A stretch of DNA of 64,000 nt from Azolla caroliniana (lineage: Eukaryota; Plantae; Polypodiophyta). Location: contig JBHGNT010000001.1 of assembly GCA_043228905.1 (NCBI GenBank), positions 12,896,001 to 12,960,000 on the forward strand, in the 5' to 3' direction. Under the pieces are notes generated by a model. The model made no database searches. It was given only the letters and a program-made list of their open reading frames with translations, and had not been told where the DNA came from. The position numbers and the translations under genes are program-made. Positions 36,460 to 49,121 of this stretch are shown piece by piece; position 1 is the stretch's first letter; each line of letters starts with the position of its first letter.

Positions 36460-38226
36460 ATTAGTATGCTCAATATTTATATGCTTTTGGTAGGTCACCA
36501 TCCCATCATTTAGTCTTAAACCTAAATTTATTGTTCAATTAACTAACGACCAATTTCAACTTAAATAGGTATACTTTCTTTTTAAAGGAACCTTTATTTC
36601 CTAAACCCGCCTTTTGCTTTCTTTGCATGATAACATGCCCCTAGTGCACTTGTATTCAAGATTGTCCAAACAATGTCCAACGAGCTTGGTAACATGCACA
36701 TGTGCATAACAATGTGCATCTCCAAATTTAGCATTAACTCTAGAATCTCGAATTGTTAGACAATGGCATTGAACTCATTTATGTGCATTACAATGGAGTA
36801 ATATTCCCACATCCAAATATCATACAACATCATTATCTACACCTTGTTTGGAGCTTTATTCTTTCCGTAAATGCTCCTCAACTTTTTCATGATTCATCTT
36901 TTTTAGATTCAAGATTAAGAAATAGACATTGTCTATCATCATAATGCTTTCATCACATGATAACACTTTCCAACATCAAGTTGATTTTTGGGGGTATTTT
37001 TGGGACAACATTCACTTAAACATCCACCACTATTATCTTGTTTTGGTGCATAATTGATGGGTGCCAAAAAGAAAAAGGGTTTAAGGCACCTCAATTGTTG
37101 AAGCCTCTAATATTGTAATTCATCCAACTACACCAGAATATTTATTGCTTTAATCAATTGTTTTAATTTCAAACTAATTGATCTCTTACTTTTTATCCAA
37201 TTCTTGCAATAATCCCTTCTTGTTCCTAAGGATTAACAAGAATTGGATTTAAACATGTTCATTATACTTCAGGCTACCAATATTGAATATTGTCGTTTTA
37301 ATTTCATCGAAGTTTGTAGCTCAAACTTATACTTCAGGTTACCAATATTGAATATTGTCGTTTAGGTAAGGATTTATTAGAAACTTGATTTACTTTTCCT
37401 ACTCGTTTGAAAATGTTATGCTTGATGAGAGTATGGCATTTCTTTGTTTCCAACCTAGTAGGTGTATTTTAAAGGTTTTGGCACATAATGTGCCTTCAAA
37501 AAGTGTCTGGTTTTTATAACTAGTTCCTTGTGTGACGTAAAGCTTGGCTCATTGTGACTTTGTTATGCATGATGTGTAGATATATTTTAATGACGTTTAT
37601 ACATACCGTGCCCAAAACTTAATATTCGAGTTCTTTACATGACATAAAGCTTTTAGCTCAGAGTGCCTTTCTTTTTTGCAATCATTTCATCATGAAGTTT
37701 TCTCTAACGCCTTTAAATGTAATAGCTCATACTGGTCCTTCTAATGGACCTTGGGCCCATAAAAGGGCAACATCTTTGACACATGATGTGTATGCCTTTA
37801 AAACTTTTCATTTGTATATGCTTTATCCTTCACTTTGTTGTCATATCTTAACACATGCCTTGAAAACGTTTCATTTGTATATGTTTTATCCTTCATTTTG
37901 TTGTCATATCTTAACACGTAGCCCTTCTTTAGTTAAAGATCATCATTAGATAAACAGTTGACTTCAACAAAAAGACGTCTACTATTGTCTCACTGCATCA
38001 AATAAAAATGAATGACCCATTAACACAAGGATCTTCGTGATCTGTCAATAAGTAACTATAGTTAGACTTAAAAACAATGACAAAGGGTTGATAGAAGTAC
38101 AACTCCTAGCTATCAAAATACTCTCAAGCAGAGCTAGGTGTCAGTTTCCCTTATTTCCTATACCGTGGGAGAGAAAGTCATATATTGAGAATTTGCGAAT
38201 TAGCTTGTTAGTCATATCCTCGCTTT

Positions 38227-38227
<1 letters not shown>

Positions 38228-38313
<86 letters not shown>
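38228..38313. repeat. (GT)n(GA)n compound microsatellite
   Basis: Seen directly; another (GA)n lies at about 39119-39163. Confidence 0.95.
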
Positions 38314-38318
<5 letters not shown>

Positions 38319-39115
38319 GAGCAAGCCATTTCCCTAACTTCTTTCGAGCAAAGTGTGCACAGTTGACTACTCTCATCATGTGTGCCCCATCTGACATCGC
38401 AATGCATGTGAACTAAGTTGCATCGAAGAAATCGTTTAGATGGAAGGCAGTGGGTTGGGCTCTAGCCTCTCACACATATTGATGTGTGTGGTTTCTCCAT
38501 TTGGCAAAGAATATGGTTTTGTAGTTAGGTGCAACCTCTGTAGTATAATGTGTGAATCATGAGCCTCTGCATCTTTCAAATGTCATGATACATTGTGCTG
38601 CAAAAAAACCTCATTTAAAGAGAAAACGAGTGATGCATCATGAAGGAAGTGTGTTGCTTCCCATCTTCCAAACCATTTTTCTATAGCTTGCATCTAAGTG
38701 AAACACACAAAAAATTCTTTTATGTGTCTTTTGGATCTTGTTGTTTGTTTCCCATGTGATTCATGGGAAGTTAATGTGAGGGACTTTTTTGAATCTTGAG
38801 CATGTATTAGACAACCCTTTTCATGACCATGATCTCAATGGGAAGTTATCGCGTCTCAAGAAGTAGGTGTTGAGAGAGAGAGAGCAAGTAGAAACTCTTG
38901 CATCAAGAGTCGAGTACCCTTGTAATGCTTTTCACACACATTTATTAATATAACTGCTAGTTTTCACTAGAGAGAGATTCTAGCATCCATAAAGAGGTCA
39001 ATATTAACCTATGGGAGCTGAGTACACAAAGTTTCTTGATGTGTGTATCCCTCTTAAGAAAAGATAGATAGATAAATAGATATCATTTTAACGTCCATGG
39101 AAACAAATTGCAATC

Positions 39116-39165
<50 letters not shown>

Positions 39166-39486
39166 CTTGCCTATTGGCAATTAACATGTTCCACTACCCA
39201 TGTAGTGTAGTTAGTGGGTGATCATACTCCATTGTCACATCCATTATAAGTAGTGTTTTCCACACACATTTATTAATATAATTGTATGTTTTCACCAAAA
39301 GAGAGAGAGAGCTAAAAGGTATTCTCATGTGGAATTTTTGGATGTTAGAGCATGTGGGGATCATTTCCTTAAATACATATTAAGGTTTTTTAATAGCATT
39401 ACAGGATGTCCCTCTCCCTACATAGGCATATGATAGGCAAAGGAGACTGCATATGATAGGTAGAGGAGACTAAGAAGTGTTCTAAC

Positions 39487-40228
39487 CATAGATTGACATA
39501 TTCGTATTCGTGGGGCGGGCCCCACGAATTCATATGAATAGGAATACAAATGCATGTAAATGTATTTGTTTTTTCTTTTTTTATAAAAAATAAAAAACTA
39601 TTTTTTCCTTGTGAGCGAGTGAACGAACAGTGAGCAGCGAGCGAGGAAGCCTCACCCTACTCCCTCTGTGTGTTGCCCTCGCTTCCCTCTGCATCTTGTT
39701 CTCGGCCAAGAAATTAGGGTTTCGGCTGAAAACCCTAATTTCTATCATAATCCTAGTTTCAACAGTTTTCTTTCTTTTCAACTCGCGTCCTTGACTCCCT
39801 CTCATGCTCTATTCTAATCCTACATCTTGTTCTCTGCTGCAAACTCAGGCTTTCATTGAAACCCTAAGTTTAACTAAGTTTAGCAGAAGCCCTAATTAAT
39901 TAATTAACTAATATTTTTCAATGAATTAATTAATTTTTTGATGAATTAAGATGTGTATTAGTAAATTAATTAATGTATAGTGAATCAATTAATGTTTAAG
40001 TGAAATAATTAATTATTATATTAGTGAGTTAATTAATTATTGATGTATGTATGTATATACATATACGAGTGATATATGTGTGTATATGTATATATCATAT
40101 ATTTATGTGTGTACATGTATATGTAAATGAATGGTTTTATAATATGCTTGGGGCCAATTTATATTCTCGAATATCACGAATATTGCGGATGTTGAATACC
40201 ACGTATATTACGCATGGGTCAATCTATG
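39487..40228. mobile_element. Non-autonomous hAT-type element
   Basis: 11-bp TIR CATAGATTGAC; TSD GTTCTAAC/GTTCTAAG (7/8). Confidence 0.78.
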
Positions 40229-40326
40229 GTTCTAAGTTCTAACTAAGTGGATTTTACATACAATTAAATATAATTGTGTGCTATTACCAAAAAGAAAGAA
40301 AAGGACAAACTATCCAACCCAATCAC

Positions 40327-40542
40327 TACAAAAGAGAAAAAACAATTGCATTGTAGGCCATAAGTTCACTTATATCAATTAACCCTAGCTCTACATAATA
40401 TACTAACCCCCCTTATGTCTGTATGCATCTTGTAGCCATTACAAAAGAGAAAAAACAATCGCATTGTAGGCCATAAGTTCACTTATATCAATTAACCCTA
40501 GCTCTACATAATATACTAACCCCCCTTATGTCTATATGCATC
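40327..40542. repeat. 113-bp tandem duplication
   Basis: TACAAAAGAGAAAAAACAAT..TATGCATC occurs twice. Confidence 0.9.
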
Positions 40543-41639
40543 GTGGCCGATCAAATGGTACTTATTTGGTGAAGGTAATCCCTGCTTTAGCCTAAACAAC
40601 TTCATTGATGTGTGGTGGCACTGTCATGTCAAGATGTAGAATTATAACAAAGAATTAATGAGACCCAAAAGGGTAAAAGGTCATACAAGCCACTACAAAA
40701 AGATTATGTGTGACATGTGAAAGTTGCAAGCTATTAGTGTTATGCAAATGTTCTACGTTAATAGAGAAGGTAAGGTTTTTTCCAAGGCATTATGAAAATG
40801 TAGTAACATAGTTGTTTATGAGAAAAATGCCTTGGTTGATAGGATGTGAATCACGTGCAAAGATAAGGTGATATGTTGGACTAAAGTTTTAAGATAAAGG
40901 ATAGTGAGTCATATGGTGCTTTGTGTTGTATATTGCAAAGATTTTCTAATAATATCTTCCTTGGGCATATAATATTTTTGTCACATTTGTTACACATTCG
41001 TTATGGTACAAAAGTATACTAGTGTATAAACACGAGTTTTTCCATCATTTGAGCTCGACATTTCTGTCCAATTTGTTACAGGCTACATTTGTAGTTTTAA
41101 CAACGAGAACGACCATCGAATAAATACTTTTAGTATAAATACACAAAATTTGAAGGAGACAAGAGAGAGAAGAGTGGAGGAAAGAACCACGGATGGAAAA
41201 TGATAGAAGTGGGGCAATCTTGAGGCAGGAGTTGGAACCCTAGCTAGAGCTATATCTCTTCCTAGTTATTTTTCTTACAAAAATGAAAAACAACGTACCA
41301 CACACATATACGTATACATACATTTATTTATGTATGGATGTGTGTAGTACACTCTACAGTGTGTATGAACACATTGATGAGAGAAAACACTGAAGATACA
41401 TAGTATACACATACATATATATATACGTACAGCATTTGGAGGCCAAAAAGGAATAAACCACCCCCCCTCCTCCCCCGGGGACCCGGTTGGTTGGGGATCT
41501 GGGTACATATGTATTTACAAAACGTTGGTAATAAGTCGTAGTAGTGTAACCCCCTTGTTGGCCCTTTATGTATGTATGTATATATGTATGTATGTATATG
41601 GAGGTAAAAGGAAGTAGGTATGTATGTATTAAATATTAG

Positions 41640-44090
41640 CTATAGCAGGGGGCTACCGGCGGTGGTAGGCTTCCAGGCGGACAGGGCTTGGACGGGGCGG
41701 CCTTTCCAGCCCATGAGCATCCAGCAAGCATTGGCATCGTCGCCGTCGCCTGGGAAGACGCTGAACTCCTTGTGGAAGAGCCCATCCACGATGGCCCGCG
41801 ACGTGGCCAGCACCGGCGGCGGCACCGGCAGCGCCGTGAATCCCGTCCGCTGGATCCGCGCATGCCACTTCTTGTACGTCTCCGGCCGCTCCACCCGCTC
41901 CGCCCCTTCGCACGCCACCACGTTCATGATCTCCCTGCCCAGCAGCTCCCGCTCCACCATCGCCCGCTCCGCCTCCTCCCCCGCCAGGTTGCTGTGCAGC
42001 GCGTCGAACCGGCTGGCGTAGTAGTACAGCGCCTCCTTGAAGCGCGGCACGAAGAACGGCGAGCTGTGCGCCCCGTTCACGAACCCCGTCACCACCACAT
42101 CCGGCTGCAGCCGCCGCATCATCGCCAGTACCTTGTCGCGAGGGCACTTGTATTCCTCCTGCTCCCCCGCCACCCCCCCCTCCTCCTCCGCCGCCATATG
42201 ATCCCCACCCCATCCACGCCTATTCTGATGATTCTCCCACCCTGCCAATTGCTGCTCCTCCGAACCATACTTATTACCTGCAGTAGTCGAACACCCCCCC
42301 GCCACCGCGCTCTCATCCAGCAGATGCCGCAGCCTGTTGATGGTATTGATCGCCAGCACCTCTCTGGTCTCGTGAGAGCCCGAGACCGACACCGACGCCT
42401 GCGCCAAGCCCAGCACCTCCGCGTTTATGTCCTCCCATGTGGCGGCCGCCACGCCGTGATACTGGAAGGGTACGCCGTAGGTGCGGGCGTACCTGGCCAG
42501 CCGTCGGCCCGTCTGCTCCACCGCCTCCGCGGGGCTCTTCCCCATGGCGCTCGTGGGCAGGTCGATCCCGGTTATCTTCAAGAAGGGCGGGCCACCCTTC
42601 CTCTGGGCGAGGGCGCTAATGAGGCATGGCCACTGGAAGCCGTAGGAGATGCCATAGTCCACTATGTGCAGCCTGGATGCGCCCTTGGCCGCATCCAGGA
42701 TGTGCTGATTCGCGAAGTAATTGGTGACCTTCATGTAAGGGCACGCCTCGAATTCCACCCTCTTGTATGCCTTGAGCACCTCCGCCACCGACGGCTGCTT
42801 CGATGGCGGCAGGATGGACGCCGAGTACATGAGGCTGCTCCCTGTGCCATTCATGCGTGCCTGCAGAGCTTCGCTGAAATAGAAGGCCACTCTCTGCAGG
42901 CCGCTCCCTTTGGGCGATGCCCCATTCTGCTGCACCTCCGCCAGCAGCTGATTCGCCTTCTTCACGTCCCCATCCGCCATGGCCCTCGCACATCTCATCA
43001 GCACAGCCCTGAGGTCCACCGGATTGTTCAGCGCCTCGTCTCGAGCTGCTCCCCCCATATCCGTAGGCCGAGCGCTCGGATCCGCGCATCTGCCATGAGA
43101 GCAGGGCGTCCAGCCACTATCATGGAGATTGGCCAGGGCCTCCGCCCGCAGATATTCATTCTGGACAAAGCTCACCTCCTCATCCTGTACACCCGCTGTT
43201 GGGTTCCATGAATCTGTAACACCTCCACTGAGAGATGAATAACTGGCAGTAGAGCGTGGGCGCCATCGCCCAGCTGCACGATGTCTGGCAGCCCCTCCTC
43301 GTCCATTAGACTTGTTTACCTCCCATGGATACCTTCTTCCGTTGGGCCTTCTTATTATTATGCCTTCACCGATCTGATCTTCTGTGGGATGGGTCCATGT
43401 GTGCACGGCTGCATCGGATTTGCTACATCTGCTTAATCCTGCGTATATGTCAGAATTTATATTCCCCAATCCACTGCCAATATTCATCATTCCCTGACTT
43501 TCACATTGCAGGCTGAAATGATCTGTGACTGGAGGCCCACGCCGAGGCGAATAAACGATGGTTGTGGAGATCCCACCATCCACATACTGGAAATTAGCGT
43601 CATGCTTACTTTTCAGACCCTCCTGAAGAAAGTCAGGGCGGTTGTTAAGTAATGCAAACCCATTCGAATCCACTCTGATCTCCTCCACCTCCTGATTGTC
43701 TGCATCTGGCAAACGGCAGTCACCATTAGTATAATTACTTACACTCTTCTGGGCGCTGGTGGAGATGGCGGACTGATCCCATTCCGACTCGTCTGCGTGT
43801 GCGTGCGTGTGCGCCCGTGCAGGCGGCGCTGCCGTCGAATCCGGCTGCCCCAAGATCTCATGGAAGCCATTAAAGATGTTTAAGAAGCTTTGCTGAAGAG
43901 GCCAGTTGGTGCAGCAATGCTCCACATCCTCGGTGATCGTCTCGTCCATGAGCATGGTGTTGATGTATTCGAAGAAGGGTTCGATCGGCTTAATAGTAGG
44001 GGCGGGGAGACACAGGGGAGCAGGCGATGACAGAGGAGAAGGTGGAGGAGGACGATGAAGAAGAACATGGTGATGATTATTGGAGCTCAT
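41640..44090 (-). CDS. GRAS transcription factor, LISCL/SCL14-like subfamily, intronless, 816 aa
   Basis: VDLRAVLMRCA, LHIVDYGISYGFQWP, LKITGID, PFFVPRFKEALYYY, RVERPETYKKW, terminal SAW motif. Confidence 0.95.
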   Translation of the reverse strand: MSSNNHHHVLLHRPPPPSPLSSPAPLCLPAPTIKPIEPFFEYINTMLMDETITEDVEHCCTNWPLQQSFLNIFNGFHEILGQPDSTAAPPARAHTHAHADESEWDQSAISTSAQKSVSNYTNGDCRLPDADNQEVEEIRVDSNGFALLNNRPDFLQEGLKSKHDANFQYVDGGISTTIVYSPRRGPPVTDHFSLQCESQGMMNIGSGLGNINSDIYAGLSRCSKSDAAVHTWTHPTEDQIGEGIIIRRPNGRRYPWEVNKSNGRGGAARHRAAGRWRPRSTASYSSLSGGVTDSWNPTAGVQDEEVSFVQNEYLRAEALANLHDSGWTPCSHGRCADPSARPTDMGGAARDEALNNPVDLRAVLMRCARAMADGDVKKANQLLAEVQQNGASPKGSGLQRVAFYFSEALQARMNGTGSSLMYSASILPPSKQPSVAEVLKAYKRVEFEACPYMKVTNYFANQHILDAAKGASRLHIVDYGISYGFQWPCLISALAQRKGGPPFLKITGIDLPTSAMGKSPAEAVEQTGRRLARYARTYGVPFQYHGVAAATWEDINAEVLGLAQASVSVSGSHETREVLAINTINRLRHLLDESAVAGGCSTTAGNKYGSEEQQLAGWENHQNRRGWGGDHMAAEEEGGVAGEQEEYKCPRDKVLAMMRRLQPDVVVTGFVNGAHSSPFFVPRFKEALYYYASRFDALHSNLAGEEAERAMVERELLGREIMNVVACEGAERVERPETYKKWHARIQRTGFTALPVPPPVLATSRAIVDGLFHKEFSVFPGDGDDANACWMLMGWKGRPVQALSAWKPTTAGSPLL

Positions 44091-47000
44091 GGTGATGATT
44101 AAGACGATTCAATGTTAGCGATCTGATCTGATTTTATGTAAAGGAAAGGATGGAGGAGGAGCAAGCAAGCTAATTTGTACCCTAAACCTAAAAAGTGTTT
44201 GGGGAGGTGAGCGAAAGGATTTGCTGGTTCATTTTATATGTTTGTGTGTGGGATAAAAAAGAAACGGGGCAGCAAAAAATGAACGTGGGTTCGAACTCTG
44301 GACCTCTGGCCTTGACGCTTTCAAACGCTTCTTTTGAAAACAAAATAAACAAAAATCAACCATTGGAAGAGAAAAACCTTGAAAAACATCTTTGTGAGTC
44401 AGCGAGTTTATTAGGAGACTGTGGCTTTTTTGACCATTGAATGCATATACATATATTACATAGTATGTACATATCTATACGGTATACCAAGAGAATTTGC
44501 CTTCAACATCTTTGCTTGGTAACTAACTATAACCAAACTTCGACTGAACAAAAAACAAAAGAAATGATTGTCGTGAAATCATCATCCTTTTCCATCCATA
44601 TCCGCCATTTTTCACATGCCTTTTACATCTATCGAATAATTTATCAACACCTCATAATATCTACCCATCCAAGTTCTTTGTCTCGTTGCATATAAGAAGG
44701 GCTCCTCCTTAGCAACATTGAGTATCTAACTTTTAAGCATTAGTTATTTCTAATACAGCTCCGATACAAAATAGCTTAGCACATTACCTCATACATTTGA
44801 GTCTTCAAGTAAATTTTACCTCTCGAATGAGTCATAGATTCCTAAAATTTCCAATCCCATGTTTAAGCCTTCTAGATTCCATACCAAGGTATACAACTCC
44901 TAAAATTTCAAAACACATACATATTTTAGTCCTCTAAATTAAATACCACATATGCCTTCAATGTAACTTATTCCTTATCTTCATGTTGTAGTTATTGTAG
45001 TCTTCACTTTTAATCTCATTAACCTCCTTACCTCATAGATATCCGACCTACTCCACAACTATATAACTTCCTATTTCTACATAAGACCATTTTAGTTTAC
45101 CATCCTCCTTTGCTGCCCAAGTTTGCACAAGATCCATTGTGGCCCTCGAGAATTAGCCCTTTCCACGAGCAATCAAGACGACCCTCTTCAAAATCCTCCC
45201 AGATCCCATTGTGATTAGTAATCAAAAGGTTGACCCATTTGCCCACAATGTAAGCATGCAAGGGACATTCCTAGCATAAAAGGCTAAGCCAATCGATGTA
45301 TGTACTAGGTATGCCCATGAATGCTTCACCACTTTTTGTCGAATAAAAAATAGCAAAGAGTTGGGTATAATTGTGTTCGTGTAATGCGTATGACAACCCA
45401 TCATCGTGGTAATGTGATTTGAGCAATAACATAGATGTGCAATATAAAGATTCTAAGCAACACCAATTAGCAAGAATGGGAAAATGTTCAAATGATCTAT
45501 ATCTTCATGTTAGTGGGTTCTCTCAATAACGCCAAGTATATGTTGCAAGAGGAGTAAGAATAACAATGCAACAAGTTGGTGACTTCAAGATGGGTAGGGT
45601 TGTCAACTATTCATGAAAAAACCAACGAAATGGTAATGTCAAATTCAAATCTCCTCAAATATGCTACAACATAAACAAGTTGCAACAAGAAAATGGTATC
45701 ATGCCACATACTCATCCAAAATGTTTGCCATGAGGCAAAGGTGGAACTTGGAAGCTACCATAAAGTTGTCAATCATTAAGATCGCACCAATGTTCATAGA
45801 CAATATAAACCTAATAATCCGCAAATTGTAACCATGAAAAACATGCAGGTGGAGAAGGATTTGGAGCAAAGAGTAGATGTCAAAATCAAAGCCTATGTTA
45901 TGTCCCTTCATTGGGCCTCTCTAATAGCTAACCATTGCAACTTGCTTTGCGGTAGTGGCAAATAGGTAACATGAACATGTAAATCTGTCCACAAACCTAG
46001 TCTCTAAAGGTGGTGGTGAACAGACATCATAATCGGCAACCAACAAACTGCACACTTTGCAAGAGCTTTGAATACCAATTTCAACTGGAAACTAATCAAC
46101 ATATAGGATACCATTGACAGTGAAATTTTGCGAAGCATAATGCATCTAAATCCAGGGAATGACCTTGTTACTTCCTTGATACATGAAGCTGGAGGAACAA
46201 GTCCTACGAGCAACAAACATACCAAGTGTCTCTTTCAAACAAGCAAGCATGAAAGCAAGGCAAAGGAAGGATCAGCATACAATATTAGGATTCATAGATG
46301 CACTCCTACGGCAAAGTGAGAAGATGTGTAAAGGAATCAGGATAACATTACCCAAATGTTCCAACATGAGGTGTAGGGGCACACGAACTAGTGCATCAAG
46401 CAAAGGCTCTCCTTGCCAGCATAAATCACAGTAAGTGAAGCATTAAGAGACCTTGTCATTATCGGTAGGAGCAAAATGAAGAGGAAAGAGAAACCATGCC
46501 AGCCAGCATGAGTAACAGTCTGTAGCTGGTTTGCAGATAATCCTTTATTACCTTAGAGTACCTCAAGGGAGGGCAGAGTAGCTTCATCGAATGAAAACAT
46601 AGAGAGAATAACATGGAATCAAGTGGGAATAAGGAAAACGAGTTGGGGTGAGATCTCACACTGACCAAAACACTTTCTCTTTCTAGGAAACTGAGAGGTT
46701 GCAAAGATTTCCTGTGGTATGATACTTCTTCGTGATGCTGCATACATGCTGCTTCTTGCATATAAATAGGTTTCAGCTTTTGCGTGTAGATTGTTCTCAA
46801 GTTCTAAATTGGACAGATTAACATGAAATGTATATGCTCAAACACCAACCCATGATGGTCTAGTCAGCTGGAATTGAACAGCTCAAGAAAACTCCAGCAA
46901 TACCTTTTCTTCTTGTCCTCCACAGCCCCCAACGAACCGTTTTATAAGTTAACTGGGCTATTAATCAACGATTACTAGATCCATTTAGGTCAAATGAGAA

Positions 47001-47679
47001 AAACATGGGACACAAGTTCCCACTGGTGCACACTACGGGTTGGCTGTTGCTTACTTAGATATAGCATTACTCCATTAGCTTCAAAACAATTAGAGCTTTG
47101 AATATCATGCTTGGCCATAAGAAGAGTGTTAACCAATGAGCGTTTGCAGCCTGCTGTTGCACAATCACTGCTAAAGACTTGAACTCTTTCATTTTACTGT
47201 CAAACAGTAATGAGATGCATTAAAATATCTCATAATCCTTCAATTCAACCTTCCTTGGAAGTACCCATTCCTCGAGGGAGATATTAAAAGCATTTATTCC
47301 AAAGATCCTCTAAATCGATGTACAATCTATAATACTGATAGTCAGTCATAAGTAAGTTTATCAATGTAGTGTTTTGATGAGGAAATAATACACTTTAGTT
47401 TCCATGACCAAAATCCCTTTGCACACACACCACATACTCCAATAGAAGAATATTTGAAGGAATGTTAACAAAGTTAAAATTTCAGCATGTTAACAACAAA
47501 AACAAGCTTTGTATACCTCATAGAAGGCAGCTGTATCTCGAACCCATACTAGAAAATATTTGAATCAAATGCCATTCATAACAAACAGTGAGGCCCATCA
47601 TGGCATTTAATCATAGAAGGCAAACGAGTCGGGTATTAAAACGAAATTGACATATTGAGACACAACTGTTCTTAGGTTA

Positions 47680-48825
47680 TCATGATCTTCCTCGCCCTCT
47701 AAAACCACCACCTCGTCCACCACTACGACCTCCAAATCCTCGCCCACCACTACGACCAGCAAAACCACGACCTCCTCTACCACCTCTTCCACCTACATAA
47801 CAAGCCAAACCATGTCAACATAAGTATATATACAGGAATTCCTAGAAAAACTCATAATAAAGTCGCATACCTCCACGTCCACCACCTCGGCCACCGCCAC
47901 GACCACCCCTGCCACCACCAGGCGTGCTTCCAGCTTGGCCTCTATAATTAGACAGAATAAGGAACCATGCTACAATATCAACATACTGCAAACAGAGAGC
48001 AAGAACCATAATACATCTATCCATGATATGTGACTTCTCCATACTTTGGCTGAGGCAAAAACCGTTGCAGTGGAAGAAGTTTCATTGGGTCAATGTAGAA
48101 CTTGTCCCCAGCCTTGTAAGATGTTGCTATGATCCCCTCCAGCATTTTGATTGAGAAAAACTGCAAAAACACATGCAACCGTAGTGTCAGATATGTTAAA
48201 GAAAATGATGGGTGCTTCGAATTTTGTGCTGCTCTTCACTTACCACTTCATTGATGGGTCCAAAAATCTCCTCCACCTTTCCGATTTGGGTTTTGTTCTC
48301 GAGATAGATCGGAGCATTAAAGTAAGGGATCTTCTCATGAACAAGCTTGGACACCGCTTCACCTTCACAGGCATGGAGAAACGATGCAACCTCTGCGAAT
48401 GGAAGCCCAACACATAACTGACATGCGGATAGAAGAAATTTTTAATTGTGTAAAGGGGACATCAAAAGGATGAGCGAAAATAAGGAGATCATATTTATTC
48501 TCAGGGGATTCTCCCAAATTGCAATTAAGCTAAATCGAATCTACTGCTAGTAAAGCTTCGATTTCCAACAGGGCCTAAGAAGTTGCGGTATGTTCCTTGT
48601 CAAACTACGCAGAATGAAAAAACAAAAGAAGGGGAGGGGAGGGACGAGGCGAGGCGAGAGAGACATACCTACGACTTCAGAGGGGGGGCCCTCATCACGC
48701 TGGCCTCGACCGCCACCGAAGCCACGGCCGCCGCCTCTGCCGCCACCGAAACCACCTCTTCCTCCACCTCCCCTTCCTCCTCCGCCGAAGCTACCTCGGC
48801 CTCCTCCTCTGAATGGCGGCCTCAT
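47680..48825 (-). CDS. GAR1: H/ACA snoRNP protein GAR1; exons 48825-48669, 48392-48244, 48160-48045, 47941-47871, 47792-47680
   Basis: RGG-rich termini around the core [53 protein letters not shown]. All introns are GT-AG and in phase. Confidence 0.96.
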
Positions 48826-49121
48826 CGCTCTCGCTCACAGGAAAGCAGGAGCAGGTGCAGGTGCAGGGGAAGGGGAAGGGGGAGGAGGGTTTTAGGCAGC
48901 TTCTTTTTTCCACAAACCCTACACACCGGCTAGGAGAAGTGGAGTGGGAGGAAACGTTAGTTAATGTCAAGAAAGGATTTTGAAGCCCGAAGAAGGCACG
49001 GCATGGCACGGCATGGCACCGTAGACACGATCAGACCGTGCTCCGTCCAGTATTCGACCAGTGATTGTCCCAGCTAGGCAGTCCGCACATTTTTCCAGAT
49101 GCACGTTTAACCCTAAACTGG

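Noticed and set aside
38088-38416. Short ORFs with VCVC/ERER runs
   Set aside because: Microsatellite translations.
41688-43211. 507-aa antisense ORF over the GRAS gene
   Set aside because: Shadow frame of GC-rich coding sequence; no recognisable domain.
45200-46800. Possible decayed Copia RNase H (FFIRQKV) or gene fragments
   Set aside because: Similarity too weak to support without a search.
48393-48668. Possible intronic snoRNA in GAR1 intron 1
   Set aside because: No convincing C/D or H/ACA box arrangement seen.
49108-49116. TAACCCTAA telo-box-like motif upstream of GAR1
   Set aside because: Lies within Copia-derived coding sequence; likely chance.
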